Below, one piece after another: positions 55,622 to 64,000 of a stretch of DNA of 64,000 bases; within the stretch, counting starts at the first letter, position 1, and each line of letters starts with the position of its first letter. The DNA lies in contig DAHXOQ010000001.1 of assembly GCA_027364815.1 (NCBI GenBank), positions 119-64,118 of the forward strand. The letters run 5' to 3'. The DNA comes from Acidobacteriaceae bacterium. GTDB taxonomy: Bacteria; Acidobacteriota; Terriglobia; Terriglobales; Acidobacteriaceae. Both the position numbers and the translations under genes were made by a program. The notes under the pieces are model-generated. The model saw only the letters and a list, made by a program, of their open reading frames with translations, was not told where the DNA came from and ran no database searches.

Positions 55622-56698
55622 CTAGCTGATCAGCATGCAATCCCCATAGCTGAAAAATCTATATTTTTCTTTTACCGCGTGGTTGTAGGCATTCAAAACA
55701 TTTTCCCGACCAGCAAACGCGCTCACCAACATCAGCAAGCTTGATTGCGGCAGATGGAAATTAGTCAGTAACCCATCCACAACTCGAAATTCAAATCCCG
55801 GCGAAATGAAAATTCGTGTCCTCCCGCTGTGGCATTCGAGTTCACTGCCGCCAGCGACCTTCGCACAATGCTCGAGCGTCCTCACGACAGTCGTCCCCAC
55901 GGCAATCACGCGCCGCCCCTCATTCCGTGCGCAGTTAATCGCCGCCGCCGTCTCACCAGGCAGCATGTATCGCTCCTCATGCAATTGAACGTCGGCCAGA
56001 TTCTCAACTCTGAGCGGCGCAAAAGTTCCTAGCCCCACATGCAGAGTAACCTTCGCTGTCTCCACTCCCTTTTTCTTCAGAGCTTCCAGAATCTCCGGTG
56101 TAAAGTGCAGCCCCGCTGTCGGCGCAGCAACTGATCCACGATCATGAGCAAAGACCGTCTGGTACCGTTCTCTATCTTCGTTCTGATCGCCACGATGAAT
56201 GTACGGCGGCAATGGCATGTGCCCAATGCTTTCCACCGCCGCAAAAAAATCTTCGCGGGAAGCAAAACGCAAAGTCCGCTCACCATACTCCCCGCGCCCA
56301 ATTACTTCAGCCTCTAGCACCGACACGTCTGATTTATCCGGAAAAATCAGCCGCTCGCCCAGTCCCACCTTGCGTCCCGGCTTCACAAGCACTCGCCACT
56401 CAAACGGTCTCAACTCCTCCGTCAACAGCACTTCAATCTGTCCCGTCGGCGCTTCACGTTCACGCACCACCGTCCGCCGCGCAAATAGCCTCGCAGGAAT
56501 CACGCGGCTGTCGTTAAATACAAGCAAGTCACCAGCCTTCAAAATCTCCGGCAACTCCGCAAACGCACCGTCGCGCAGCGCGCCCGTAGCACGTTCTACA
56601 ATCAGCATCCTGCTCGCCCCACGCACCTCGGGTGGCCTCTGCGCAATTAACACTTCGGGCAGATGAAAATCGAAATCAACAACACGAAGCCCGCTCAT
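55622..56698 (-). CDS. queA: S-adenosylmethionine:tRNA ribosyltransferase-isomerase
   Basis: Motifs [48 protein letters not shown]. Confidence 0.92.
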   Translation of the reverse strand: MSGLRVVDFDFHLPEVLIAQRPPEVRGASRMLIVERATGALRDGAFAELPEILKAGDLLVFNDSRVIPARLFARRTVVREREAPTGQIEVLLTEELRPFEWRVLVKPGRKVGLGERLIFPDKSDVSVLEAEVIGRGEYGERTLRFASREDFFAAVESIGHMPLPPYIHRGDQNEDRERYQTVFAHDRGSVAAPTAGLHFTPEILEALKKKGVETAKVTLHVGLGTFAPLRVENLADVQLHEERYMLPGETAAAINCARNEGRRVIAVGTTVVRTLEHCAKVAGGSELECHSGRTRIFISPGFEFRVVDGLLTNFHLPQSSLLMLVSAFAGRENVLNAYNHAVKEKYRFFSYGDCMLIS

Positions 56699-56700
56699 GG

Positions 56701-57417
56701 CTAGTTTTTCCTCTGGGGCTTCAATTTAGGATATTTTTTGAAATATTCATAAGCGTTGGCGCGTGCGCGTTCAAGCGAATCATTCAACTGTTGGCGCTTC
56801 GCTTCAAATTCTTCAGTCGGCGTCCCCATCTCAACATGAGTCCACTGCGCCCAACTCACGCAAATCCGCGTGAACGGCTTCGGAATTAAAAACCTATCCC
56901 AGGATTTCAATTGCCATGCTCTTTGCGGTTCTAGATGGAAGCACCCGATCGGAGCACCAGTGATTGACGCCAGCTTGATCGGCCCCATTTTCGTCTGGTA
57001 AATCGGCCCACGCGGTCCATCGGCTGTAAATATAGCGGGAGTTCCGCTTTCAATGACTTTACGCAGACCTTGCAATCCTTCAATGCCGCCACGCGAACTC
57101 GAACCGCGCACCGCATCAAATCCAAACATGCGCAGAATGCGCGTAATCAACTCGCCATCAAAACTTTGGCTGATAAGAATAATCGCGTGCGAAACACGAA
57201 AGTAAACAGTGCACGGCAGCACGCACTGGTGCCAGAAGCAGTAAATTTCCGGCCCGGCCTTCTCGCCATAAACAACAGGAGTCACGCCCTCTTCTGCAAT
57301 TACCTCAAAGCGCCAGGTTAACCCAACCGGCCAAAGCATCGCCCACACAAGGCGCGGCACAACGGCCAGCATAAAGCGCTGGCCGAGTGTGAATTTGCGT
57401 TGGGAGCGAGAGGTCAC
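56701..57417 (-). CDS. DUF374 / lysophospholipid-acyltransferase-like protein
   Basis: [41 protein letters not shown] is the typical DUF374 pattern. Confidence 0.7.
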   Translation of the reverse strand: MTSRSQRKFTLGQRFMLAVVPRLVWAMLWPVGLTWRFEVIAEEGVTPVVYGEKAGPEIYCFWHQCVLPCTVYFRVSHAIILISQSFDGELITRILRMFGFDAVRGSSSRGGIEGLQGLRKVIESGTPAIFTADGPRGPIYQTKMGPIKLASITGAPIGCFHLEPQRAWQLKSWDRFLIPKPFTRICVSWAQWTHVEMGTPTEEFEAKRQQLNDSLERARANAYEYFKKYPKLKPQRKN

Positions 57418-57445
57418 TCCTTGATTCTATCTTTTCCGTTCAACT

Positions 57446-58693
57446 TTAACTGTACCGAATCCACTTCAAGAGTTCCGGCAACGTCGCGCGCTTGCCATAC
57501 ATTAGAATTCCCACGCGATAGAGCTTTGTAGAGAACCACAGCACGCCCCAGATAGTGAAGATCATTATCGCTATGGAGGCAACAAATTGCCAATCCGGTG
57601 GCATCTGCGAACCCATACGAAGCATCATAATAATCGGCGCGGTCGCAGGAAATAGCGATGCGGCGATGGACCAGATAGAGTTCGGATCATTGATAACCAG
57701 GAAGATCAGCGAGAAACTCAGCCAGATGGGAACAGCTGCAAGAGGTGTATACATTTGAAGTTCCTGTTCAGTTTCGCAGGTTGCTGCAAGTCCTGAAAAG
57801 AGCGCGCTGTAGAGAAGGTAACCGAGAATGAAATAGATGGGAAAAAGTATCCCTTCCTTCCATGTAAAATGCACTGCATACTCGCCGCTCATTAATGGCG
57901 CGGCTAATGCAGTCCCCGCCAGCGCAGCGGCAGCTGCAGCCCAGATCCCTATCTGAGTCATGCCAACCGCACCAACGCCAATCAACTTGCCGGCTAGCAG
58001 ATCGCCCGACCGTGCTGTAGAAAGCATCACTTCAAAGATACGTGACGTCTTCTCCTGAATAATGGAACGTGCCACATTCATGCCGTAGATCATTGTCGTC
58101 ATCGAGAGCAGAAGCGCCATAATATAGCCCTTCAAATAGGAAACGACTCCGTTGCTCTTGACTATCTTGCCTTCTTTATCTACCTGCATTGTTTGAACTT
58201 CAACCTTTTTCAATGCCGCGTCAATCTGTGACTGTGTGACTCCGTTCGCACGAAGTCGATCATTGATCAGAGCATCGTTGAGAGATGTAGTGAGCACATT
58301 GGAGATGACAATATCACCTGACGATTCTGATGTGTAGGTCGCAGTAATCTTCCCATCTGCCGCCTGCTCCACCCAAAGAAAGCCATCAATTGATTTGTCC
58401 TGCAGTCCCTTCAATAAAGTGTCGCGCATGCTGGGTTGCGCTGGTGCATAAATATCCACCGTAGCTTTCAATTCCTTCTGATCCAATACTCCTTTTTGAA
58501 CGCGCGCAGCTAATTGCGGATCCTCTGATGCAATTGCAATATGTTTGCCGACCGCAGTATTCTTGCCCGCCAGAACCACCACTCCCATGATCACAACAAA
58601 GAGCACGGGGATCAAAATCGTACTCAAACGGAAAGCTTTGCCACGAACCTGCTCAAGATATTCACGCTTTGCAATCAAAAGTAGATTACGCAT
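57446..58693 (-). CDS. ABC-2 type (NatB-like) transporter permease
   Basis: N-terminal TM, a large extracytoplasmic loop and a C-terminal bundle of 5 TM segments. Trimmed to MRNLLLIAKREY at 58693, which overlaps the upstream ATPase stop by 8 nt. Confidence 0.75.
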   Translation of the reverse strand: MRNLLLIAKREYLEQVRGKAFRLSTILIPVLFVVIMGVVVLAGKNTAVGKHIAIASEDPQLAARVQKGVLDQKELKATVDIYAPAQPSMRDTLLKGLQDKSIDGFLWVEQAADGKITATYTSESSGDIVISNVLTTSLNDALINDRLRANGVTQSQIDAALKKVEVQTMQVDKEGKIVKSNGVVSYLKGYIMALLLSMTTMIYGMNVARSIIQEKTSRIFEVMLSTARSGDLLAGKLIGVGAVGMTQIGIWAAAAAALAGTALAAPLMSGEYAVHFTWKEGILFPIYFILGYLLYSALFSGLAATCETEQELQMYTPLAAVPIWLSFSLIFLVINDPNSIWSIAASLFPATAPIIMMLRMGSQMPPDWQFVASIAIMIFTIWGVLWFSTKLYRVGILMYGKRATLPELLKWIRYS

Positions 58694-59600
58694 CGACTTT
58701 ACCTCCCACGGTCTCAATGAAAATCTCTTCGATCGACGGCTCAACAAGTTCAAATCGGAAGACCTTCGCCATCGACGCCGCCTCATGCAACACCTTCTGC
58801 GCATCTCCATGTGGCTTCAGTTTGATCTCAGCGTGACCCGAGTAATTCTTCGCCTCAGCAATCTCACTCGACTTCAGGAAATCCGCATTTCCCTCGAATT
58901 CCATGACGATCTGGTTGCGCTCATAACGGCTTTTGATCTCCCTAACCTTCCCTGCAAGCACCGCTTTGCCATTGTTGATCAAGCAGATCGAGTCGCACAG
59001 CTTCTCCACCTGATCCATTCGGTGCGTCGAAAAAAGTATCACCTTGCCTTGGTTCTTGAGATCAATCAACACGTCCTGGAGCAGAGTCGCATTCACCGGA
59101 TCAAGTCCACTGAACGGCTCATCCATAATGATCAGCCCCGGATCATGAAGCAGCGTACAGATGAACTGAATCTTCTGCTGCATTCCTTTGGAAAGCTCTT
59201 CGGTCTTCTTCTGCAGCACATCGGCAATCTCAAGCTTCTCCGCCCAGTTCAAACCGCGGCGCTTGGATTCCTCCGGCGTCAATCCGCGCAATTCGCCAAA
59301 GAAGACCAGCTGGTCAATGACCTTCATTTTCTTGTAAAGTCCGCGTTCTTCGGGCAGATAACCTACACGAGAAAGAATCGCGCGCTCAAAAGGCTTGTCG
59401 AAAAGCCTGACCTGGCCTGAGTCGGGAATCGTAATCCCAATCATCATGCGGATTGTACTTGTCTTCCCCGCGCCATTCGGTCCAAGCAAGCCAAACATCT
59501 GCCCTGCTTCAATCGTCAGGCTCAAATTATCAACCGCCAACTTCGAATCATAGGCCTTGGTTACACCTGCAAGCTCAACTACGGGCATACTTCTCCTCAT
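58686..59600 (-). CDS. ABC transporter ATP-binding protein (NatA-like)
   Basis: Walker A GPNGAGKTS, signature LSKGMQQKIQF, Walker B LIIMDEPFSGLD. Confidence 0.88.
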   Translation of the reverse strand: MRRSMPVVELAGVTKAYDSKLAVDNLSLTIEAGQMFGLLGPNGAGKTSTIRMMIGITIPDSGQVRLFDKPFERAILSRVGYLPEERGLYKKMKVIDQLVFFGELRGLTPEESKRRGLNWAEKLEIADVLQKKTEELSKGMQQKIQFICTLLHDPGLIIMDEPFSGLDPVNATLLQDVLIDLKNQGKVILFSTHRMDQVEKLCDSICLINNGKAVLAGKVREIKSRYERNQIVMEFEGNADFLKSSEIAEAKNYSGHAEIKLKPHGDAQKVLHEAASMAKVFRFELVEPSIEEIFIETVGGKVDA

Positions 59601-59722
59601 GAGTAAGGGGTGGTATTGACGCAGTAATTCCTTTGTGTGAAGTTTAGCATTGACGCGCAGACTTGACAGTTAACAGAAACGCATCTGAATAAATCTTTGA
59701 GCTTCCCTGGCTCTAAAAGATT

Positions 59723-62068
59723 TTGCTCACATACCGCAGGCCATTTAGCATCCTATCTGTGGCAGAGATCGATAGTCCGGTGAAATTCGTGCGTGGAGTA
59801 GGTCCGCGCGTGGCAGAGCTTCTCGCCGCAAAAGGTGTAATGACAGCGGAAGACCTGATCTACCATCTTCCATTCCGTTACGAAGACCGCCAAAATCCCC
59901 TTCCTCTCGACGAACTCAAGCCAGGCGAGACGGCCAGTGTCATCGGCGAAGTCCGCGGCTCCATTCTTCTGCGCACAAAGCGCATGCCCATCTTCGAGCT
60001 CACCCTCGGCCAGGGTCGCCACGCGATCAAGTGCATCTGGTTCAACGGCACCTACCTTGCCCAACGCTTCCACGCTGGTCAAACCGTCGCAGTTTTCGGC
60101 CGAGTTGAAGCCTCGCGTTCCACCAGCAACCTCAAAATGATTCAGCCGCAATACGAAATTCTTGCCAGCTCAAATGAAGACGATGAAGCGCAGATTCTTG
60201 AAGTCGGCCGCATCACGCCAATCTACGAATCCCTGAGCACAGGCCAAAGCGGCGCGCGCCTCAACTCCAAGTGGATGCGCAAGGTCGCCTTCCATCTCCT
60301 TGAAGAACTCCGCGACCGCATCCCTGAAACTCTGCCAGCGCGGATGCTTGAGCGCCTCAGCCTTCCCTCGCGTGAGGATGCGCTCGCCGCCGCGCACTTT
60401 CCGCCTGATGGCACCTCACTCGCCGAGCTTAAAGAAGCCACCACGCCCGCGCAAAAGCGCCTCATTTTTGAAGAGCTTTTCTACCTTGAACTCGGCCTCG
60501 AACTCAAACGCCGCCGCATGAAGAAACGTCCCGGCGTCGCTTTTGAAACCAACGAAAAAGTCCGCGAAGCTCTGCGCGAAGTTCTGCCATTTAAGCCCAC
60601 CTCCGCGCAAAAACGTGCCCTCGGCGAGATCGTTGAAGACATGCGCCAGCCCAGCCCCATGCGCCGCCTTCTCCAGGGGGACGTTGGCTCCGGCAAAACC
60701 ATCGTCGCCTTTGAAGCCATGCTCGTCGCCTTGGAAAATGGCTACCAGGCCACGCTGATGGCGCCAACAGAAATTCTAGCCACGCAGCACTACCTCGCCG
60801 CGCGCAAATTGCTGGAGCGCTCCACGCGCAACTACCGCGTCGTCCTCCTCACCGGTTCGCTCGACGAAGATCGCAAGCGCTCCACGCGCTCGCTCATCAA
60901 CCGAGGAGAAGCCCAACTCATCATCGGCACGCACGCCCTCATCGAAGAAAAAGTTGAGTTCGACAAACTCGGACTCATTATCGTCGACGAGCAGCATCGT
61001 TTCGGCGTTCTGCAGCGTTTCCGCCTCATGAAAAAACCCAATGTCGCCGAGCCTGACGTCCTCGTCATGACCGCAACCCCCATCCCGCGCACACTCGCTC
61101 TGAGCCTCTACGGCGACCTCGACGCCAGCGTCCTTGACGAAATGCCTCCCGGCCGTTCGCCTATCATCACCCGTCGCGTCACCGACGATAAAGCCAGCGA
61201 AACCTGGCTCTTTGTACGCTCTCAAGTCAATCTCGGTCGTCAAGCCTACATCGTTTACCCCGTGATTGAAGGCAGCAAAGATGACAAGCCCGAACTCGAC
61301 TTCAGTCACGATGAAATTCCCGAAGCTACTGAAGCTGCAACCTCCGAGCCAACGCTTTTCGCATCAAAGAAAACTGCACGCAGCAAAGCCAAAGCTCCAT
61401 CAAAATCCAGAACCAAAATCTCAGCGGATCTTTTCCCAACCACTCCGCGCGCACCACTCAAATAAGCCGTTGAAATGTATGACCACCTGCGCACCGGCCC
61501 GCTCGAAGGTCTCCGCGTCGGCCTTCTTCATGGCCGCCTTGATGCTGACCACAAGGAGATCATCATGCGCCGTTTTCAACGCGGAGAGATTGACGTACTC
61601 GTATCAACCACCGTCATTGAAGTCGGTGTTGACGTTCCCAACGCCAGCGTCATGGTTGTCGAGCATGCTGATCGCTTCGGTCTGGCGCAACTCCATCAAC
61701 TGCGTGGCCGCGTCGGTCGTGGTTCAGCCCAGAGCACCTGCATCCTCATGACCGGCCCGCGCATTACACCACAAGCCGAGGAGCGCCTCGACGCGATGGT
61801 CAACACCCAAAATGGATTTGAACTTGCTGAACTCGACCTCAGAATGCGCGGCCCCGGTGAATTCTTCGGCACGCGCCAGGCGGTACTCCCGGAGTTCCGC
61901 GTCGCCGATCTCATCCGCGACAGGAAACTCCTGGAACTCGCCAAAATTGAAGCCGAAAAATTCGCCCTCGAGCCGGAAGCAGGAGTCTCTGACGCCGAGC
62001 GCTCCCGCGTCTGGGATCGCCTCAAACAAGCCTGGCAAAGGAAATATGGATTAGTTGAAGCAGGTTAA
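59723..62068 (+). pseudogene. recG: ATP-dependent DNA helicase RecG, interrupted by one in-frame TAA (61463-61465)
   Basis: ORF 59723-61465 carries the wedge region, GDVGSGKT, DEQHRFGV and TATPIPRT. ORF 61475-62068 carries LLHGRL, STTVIEVGVDVPNAS, QLHQLRGRVGRG and the TRG-like RGPGEFFGTRQ. Both are in the same frame and are separated only by TAA GCC GTT GAA. Confidence 0.7.
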
Positions 62069-62103
62069 GTATCGATTTATGAAATTTCCACTTCTATCAA
62101 TTC

Positions 62104-62532
62104 TCACGATTCTGCGAGAAATTCCCTCTCTCCATCCTTGTCGCTGGACGGATCCAATTTAACCTCGCCTGTAAATGTCTGAATCTCCAATTCCAAGCTC
62201 GCAATCTCCGTCCCGCACTCCTCAGGGTGACTGCGTGTACATTGGCAGAGCTCAGTGAAGCGAATATGCCCGCTCTGACTCAGCTCCAATCCAGCCGCAA
62301 TCAACATGCCGTATACGTTCACGCTAGCAAGGCGCTCAAACTCAAAGAGTAAAAAAATTGTTCCCGCTTCATTCGCACCGCAGCTCAGCACCCAGCCACC
62401 ACACCCAAGCATCTCACCCGTCAGTGTCTTCACCAGTTTTGACGGTTCATCCTTCGAAATTGCTTTCATCTGCATTGCCCAGAGCGCTCTGGATGTTCTC
62501 TTTGCGAACTGTTGATTGATCAGTTGCATCAC
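62104..62532 (-). CDS. hypothetical Cys-containing protein (142 aa)
   Basis: An ORF with a coding-like composition and no recognisable motif. Cysteines occur as CGGWVLSC and CQC..EEC. Confidence 0.45.
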   Translation of the reverse strand: MMQLINQQFAKRTSRALWAMQMKAISKDEPSKLVKTLTGEMLGCGGWVLSCGANEAGTIFLLFEFERLASVNVYGMLIAAGLELSQSGHIRFTELCQCTRSHPEECGTEIASLELEIQTFTGEVKLDPSSDKDGEREFLAES

Positions 62533-62742
62533 GTCTACGTTATCGGATGCCCCCGGAACCTCATCATGACTGTTTTACAACCGTACGCATATGACCATTT
62601 TCCAGCCATTCCCTCGAGTTCTTACTGATTCTTCCACCCAAAAAGTGACCGGTGCCTATTCAAACTTCTATTGCCTCATTAATTTGAGCCACGCATCATC
62701 AGGGTGGTTTTTTCCGCCCCGGTAAGTTAGTTTGTACTCAGG

Positions 62743-63120
62743 ATGATTCTCGGCACCGGTATCGACCTCACCGAAATTGGACGCATTCGCAACGCACACG
62801 CCCGCTACGGCGAGCGATTTCTTGCGCGTATCTACACTCCCACAGAGCTTGCCTACTGCCTAAGAAAACGCAACGCCGCTGAAAGCCTCGCTGCACGTTT
62901 TGCTGCTAAAGAAGCCGCCGCCAAAGCACTCGGCACTGGAATCAGCCGCGGTGTCAGCTGGCTCGAGATTGAAGTGACACGCGAAAAAGGTGGCCGTCCC
63001 TCACTCGCCTTTCACGGTCGCGCTCAGCAATTCGCCACTCGGCTCGGCGTCCTTCATGCCTCGCTTTCCCTCACGCACACCAGTACTTTGGCCATGGCTA
63101 GCGTCATTCTGGAGCGTTAG
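62743..63120 (+). CDS. acpS: holo-[acyl-carrier-protein] synthase
   Basis: 125 aa with ILGTGIDLTEI..F..R.YT..E......FAAKEAAAKALGTGI..LSLTHT. Confidence 0.9.
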   Translation: MILGTGIDLTEIGRIRNAHARYGERFLARIYTPTELAYCLRKRNAAESLAARFAAKEAAAKALGTGISRGVSWLEIEVTREKGGRPSLAFHGRAQQFATRLGVLHASLSLTHTSTLAMASVILER

Positions 63121-63204
63121 TTTCCATCGCTTAGGCTCCTCTTTTCTGCTATTCTCTACTCGTCCAGTCAACATTTCCGCAGACCTTTATTTGAGGGAAT
63201 CAGA

Positions 63205-64000
63205 GTGCCCAGCCAGAACGAGATTCGATGGTCCCAGTTGAGAGTCGGCATCCTCGTCATGGCTGCCTTCGCTGCTCTCGTCGTCCTCATCTTCCTCATG
63301 ACCGGCTCCAATGGCGGCTTATTCACGCGCAAGATTAGATTGCGCTGCTACTTTGAAAATGCGGCAGGCTTGAAGGTCGGAGCACCCGTAACTTTGCAGG
63401 GTGTTACCAAGGGCAATGTCAAAAGCATCAAAGTCGTCCCTCAGCACAAACCCAACATGGTTGAAGTCGTCATGATGGTTAACGATTCTGACAAGGCCCA
63501 ATTGCACACCGACACTGTGGCCTCCATCAAATCTGCCGGTGTTCTCGGAGACAGTTTCATTGACCTCGATTCATCTAATGCCGTTGGTCCTCCCCCGATG
63601 AATCTTTCAGAGTTGCAACCGGGCGACGCACCCAGCATCGATCAGGTCATCAGCAACAGCAATCAATCCATCAAGCATGTCGATGTTCTTGTGAGTGAGC
63701 TTCAAACCACCCTCATGGCAATCAACCAGCAAAAAGGCACCATCGGCAAGCTCATTGGAGACCGTGCCCTCTACGAGAAGATCAATCACATTACCACCGA
63801 TCTTGAATCCATATCAGCATCTATCAATGGCAGCAAAGGCTCTCTTGGCAAGCTCATTAATGACGACACGCTCTACAACCGCGCCAACGACACCATCACG
63901 CATTTGAACAACATCGCCACCGATCTCGATGCTGGCAAAGGCACCGCCGGCATACTGCTGCATGACGACTCTCTTTACAACAACCTGAACGCCGCTGTTG
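63205..64000 (+). CDS. MCE/MlaD-family protein (partial, runs off window end)
   Basis: My own translation from GTG 63205 (GAGGGA upstream): VPSQNEIRWSQLRVGILVMAAFAALVVLIFLM..YFENAAGLKVGAPVTLQGVTKGNVKSI..SAGVLGDSFIDL, followed by repeated G(T/S)xGKLIxD segments. Open to base 64000. Confidence 0.75.
   Translation, partial: MPSQNEIRWSQLRVGILVMAAFAALVVLIFLMTGSNGGLFTRKIRLRCYFENAAGLKVGAPVTLQGVTKGNVKSIKVVPQHKPNMVEVVMMVNDSDKAQLHTDTVASIKSAGVLGDSFIDLDSSNAVGPPPMNLSELQPGDAPSIDQVISNSNQSIKHVDVLVSELQTTLMAINQQKGTIGKLIGDRALYEKINHITTDLESISASINGSKGSLGKLINDDTLYNRANDTITHLNNIATDLDAGKGTAGILLHDDSLYNNLNAAV

Noticed and set aside
62687-62713. Orphan terminator-like hairpin (AGCCAC..GTGGTT plus T6) upstream of acpS, possibly ending an sRNA
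   Set aside because: The stem is only 6 bp with a wobble pair and an 11-nt loop, and no upstream promoter or conserved structure can be seen. It is too weak to call.

Overview
This window reads as a conserved, core-genome-like chromosomal stretch of a Gram-negative bacterium. Gene content suggests Acidobacteriota: YXWGXW-repeat protein, BNR/Asp-box propeller, DUF481 barrel, futalosine-pathway genes and many secreted peptidases. That taxonomic call is inference only. I can support about 58 protein-coding genes and one tRNA-Arg(ACG). I see no rRNA, CRISPR array, transposase, integrase or phage genes. In order, the window holds: a TlpA-like oxidoreductase and a GT2 glycosyltransferase; two tandem PTPS/QueD paralogs with folE and apbC; ltaE; a run of secreted hydrolases (M19 dipeptidase, S10 carboxypeptidase, esterase-like protein) and two cyclophilins; a more AT-rich two-glycosyltransferase islet; smc, recQ and mlaEF; a DUF481 outer-membrane protein; gcdH, tnaA and an amidohydrolase; mqnE; a BNR propeller; an OmpA-like protein; a lone nuoB; amtB-glnK-glnD; an RcnR/CsoR-family repressor divergent from a porin-like gene; an ftsB-like gene, a phosphohexomutase, cutA, bioY and mqnD; a REC-GGDEF regulator with copZ-copA; a fused lptF-lptG; polA, queA, a DUF374 gene and an ABC-2 exporter; recG; acpS; and a partial MCE gene. 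I did not find a convincing new multi-gene system of the defence type. The oddities most worth checking are: (1) recG is cut by one in-frame TAA between its helicase lobes, just after an unusual low-complexity insertion; (2) the RcnR/CsoR-like sensor has two tandem G-tract operators in a promoter shared with an outer-membrane porin-like gene; (3) four tandem 8-bp repeats and a G8AG5 tract lie in the mqnE upstream region; (4) nuoB stands alone; (5) lptF and lptG are fused; (6) the GGDEF regulator next to copZA is degenerate; (7) a short palindromic motif recurs just after several stop codons. All functional calls come from motif reading by eye, and no database search was possible.
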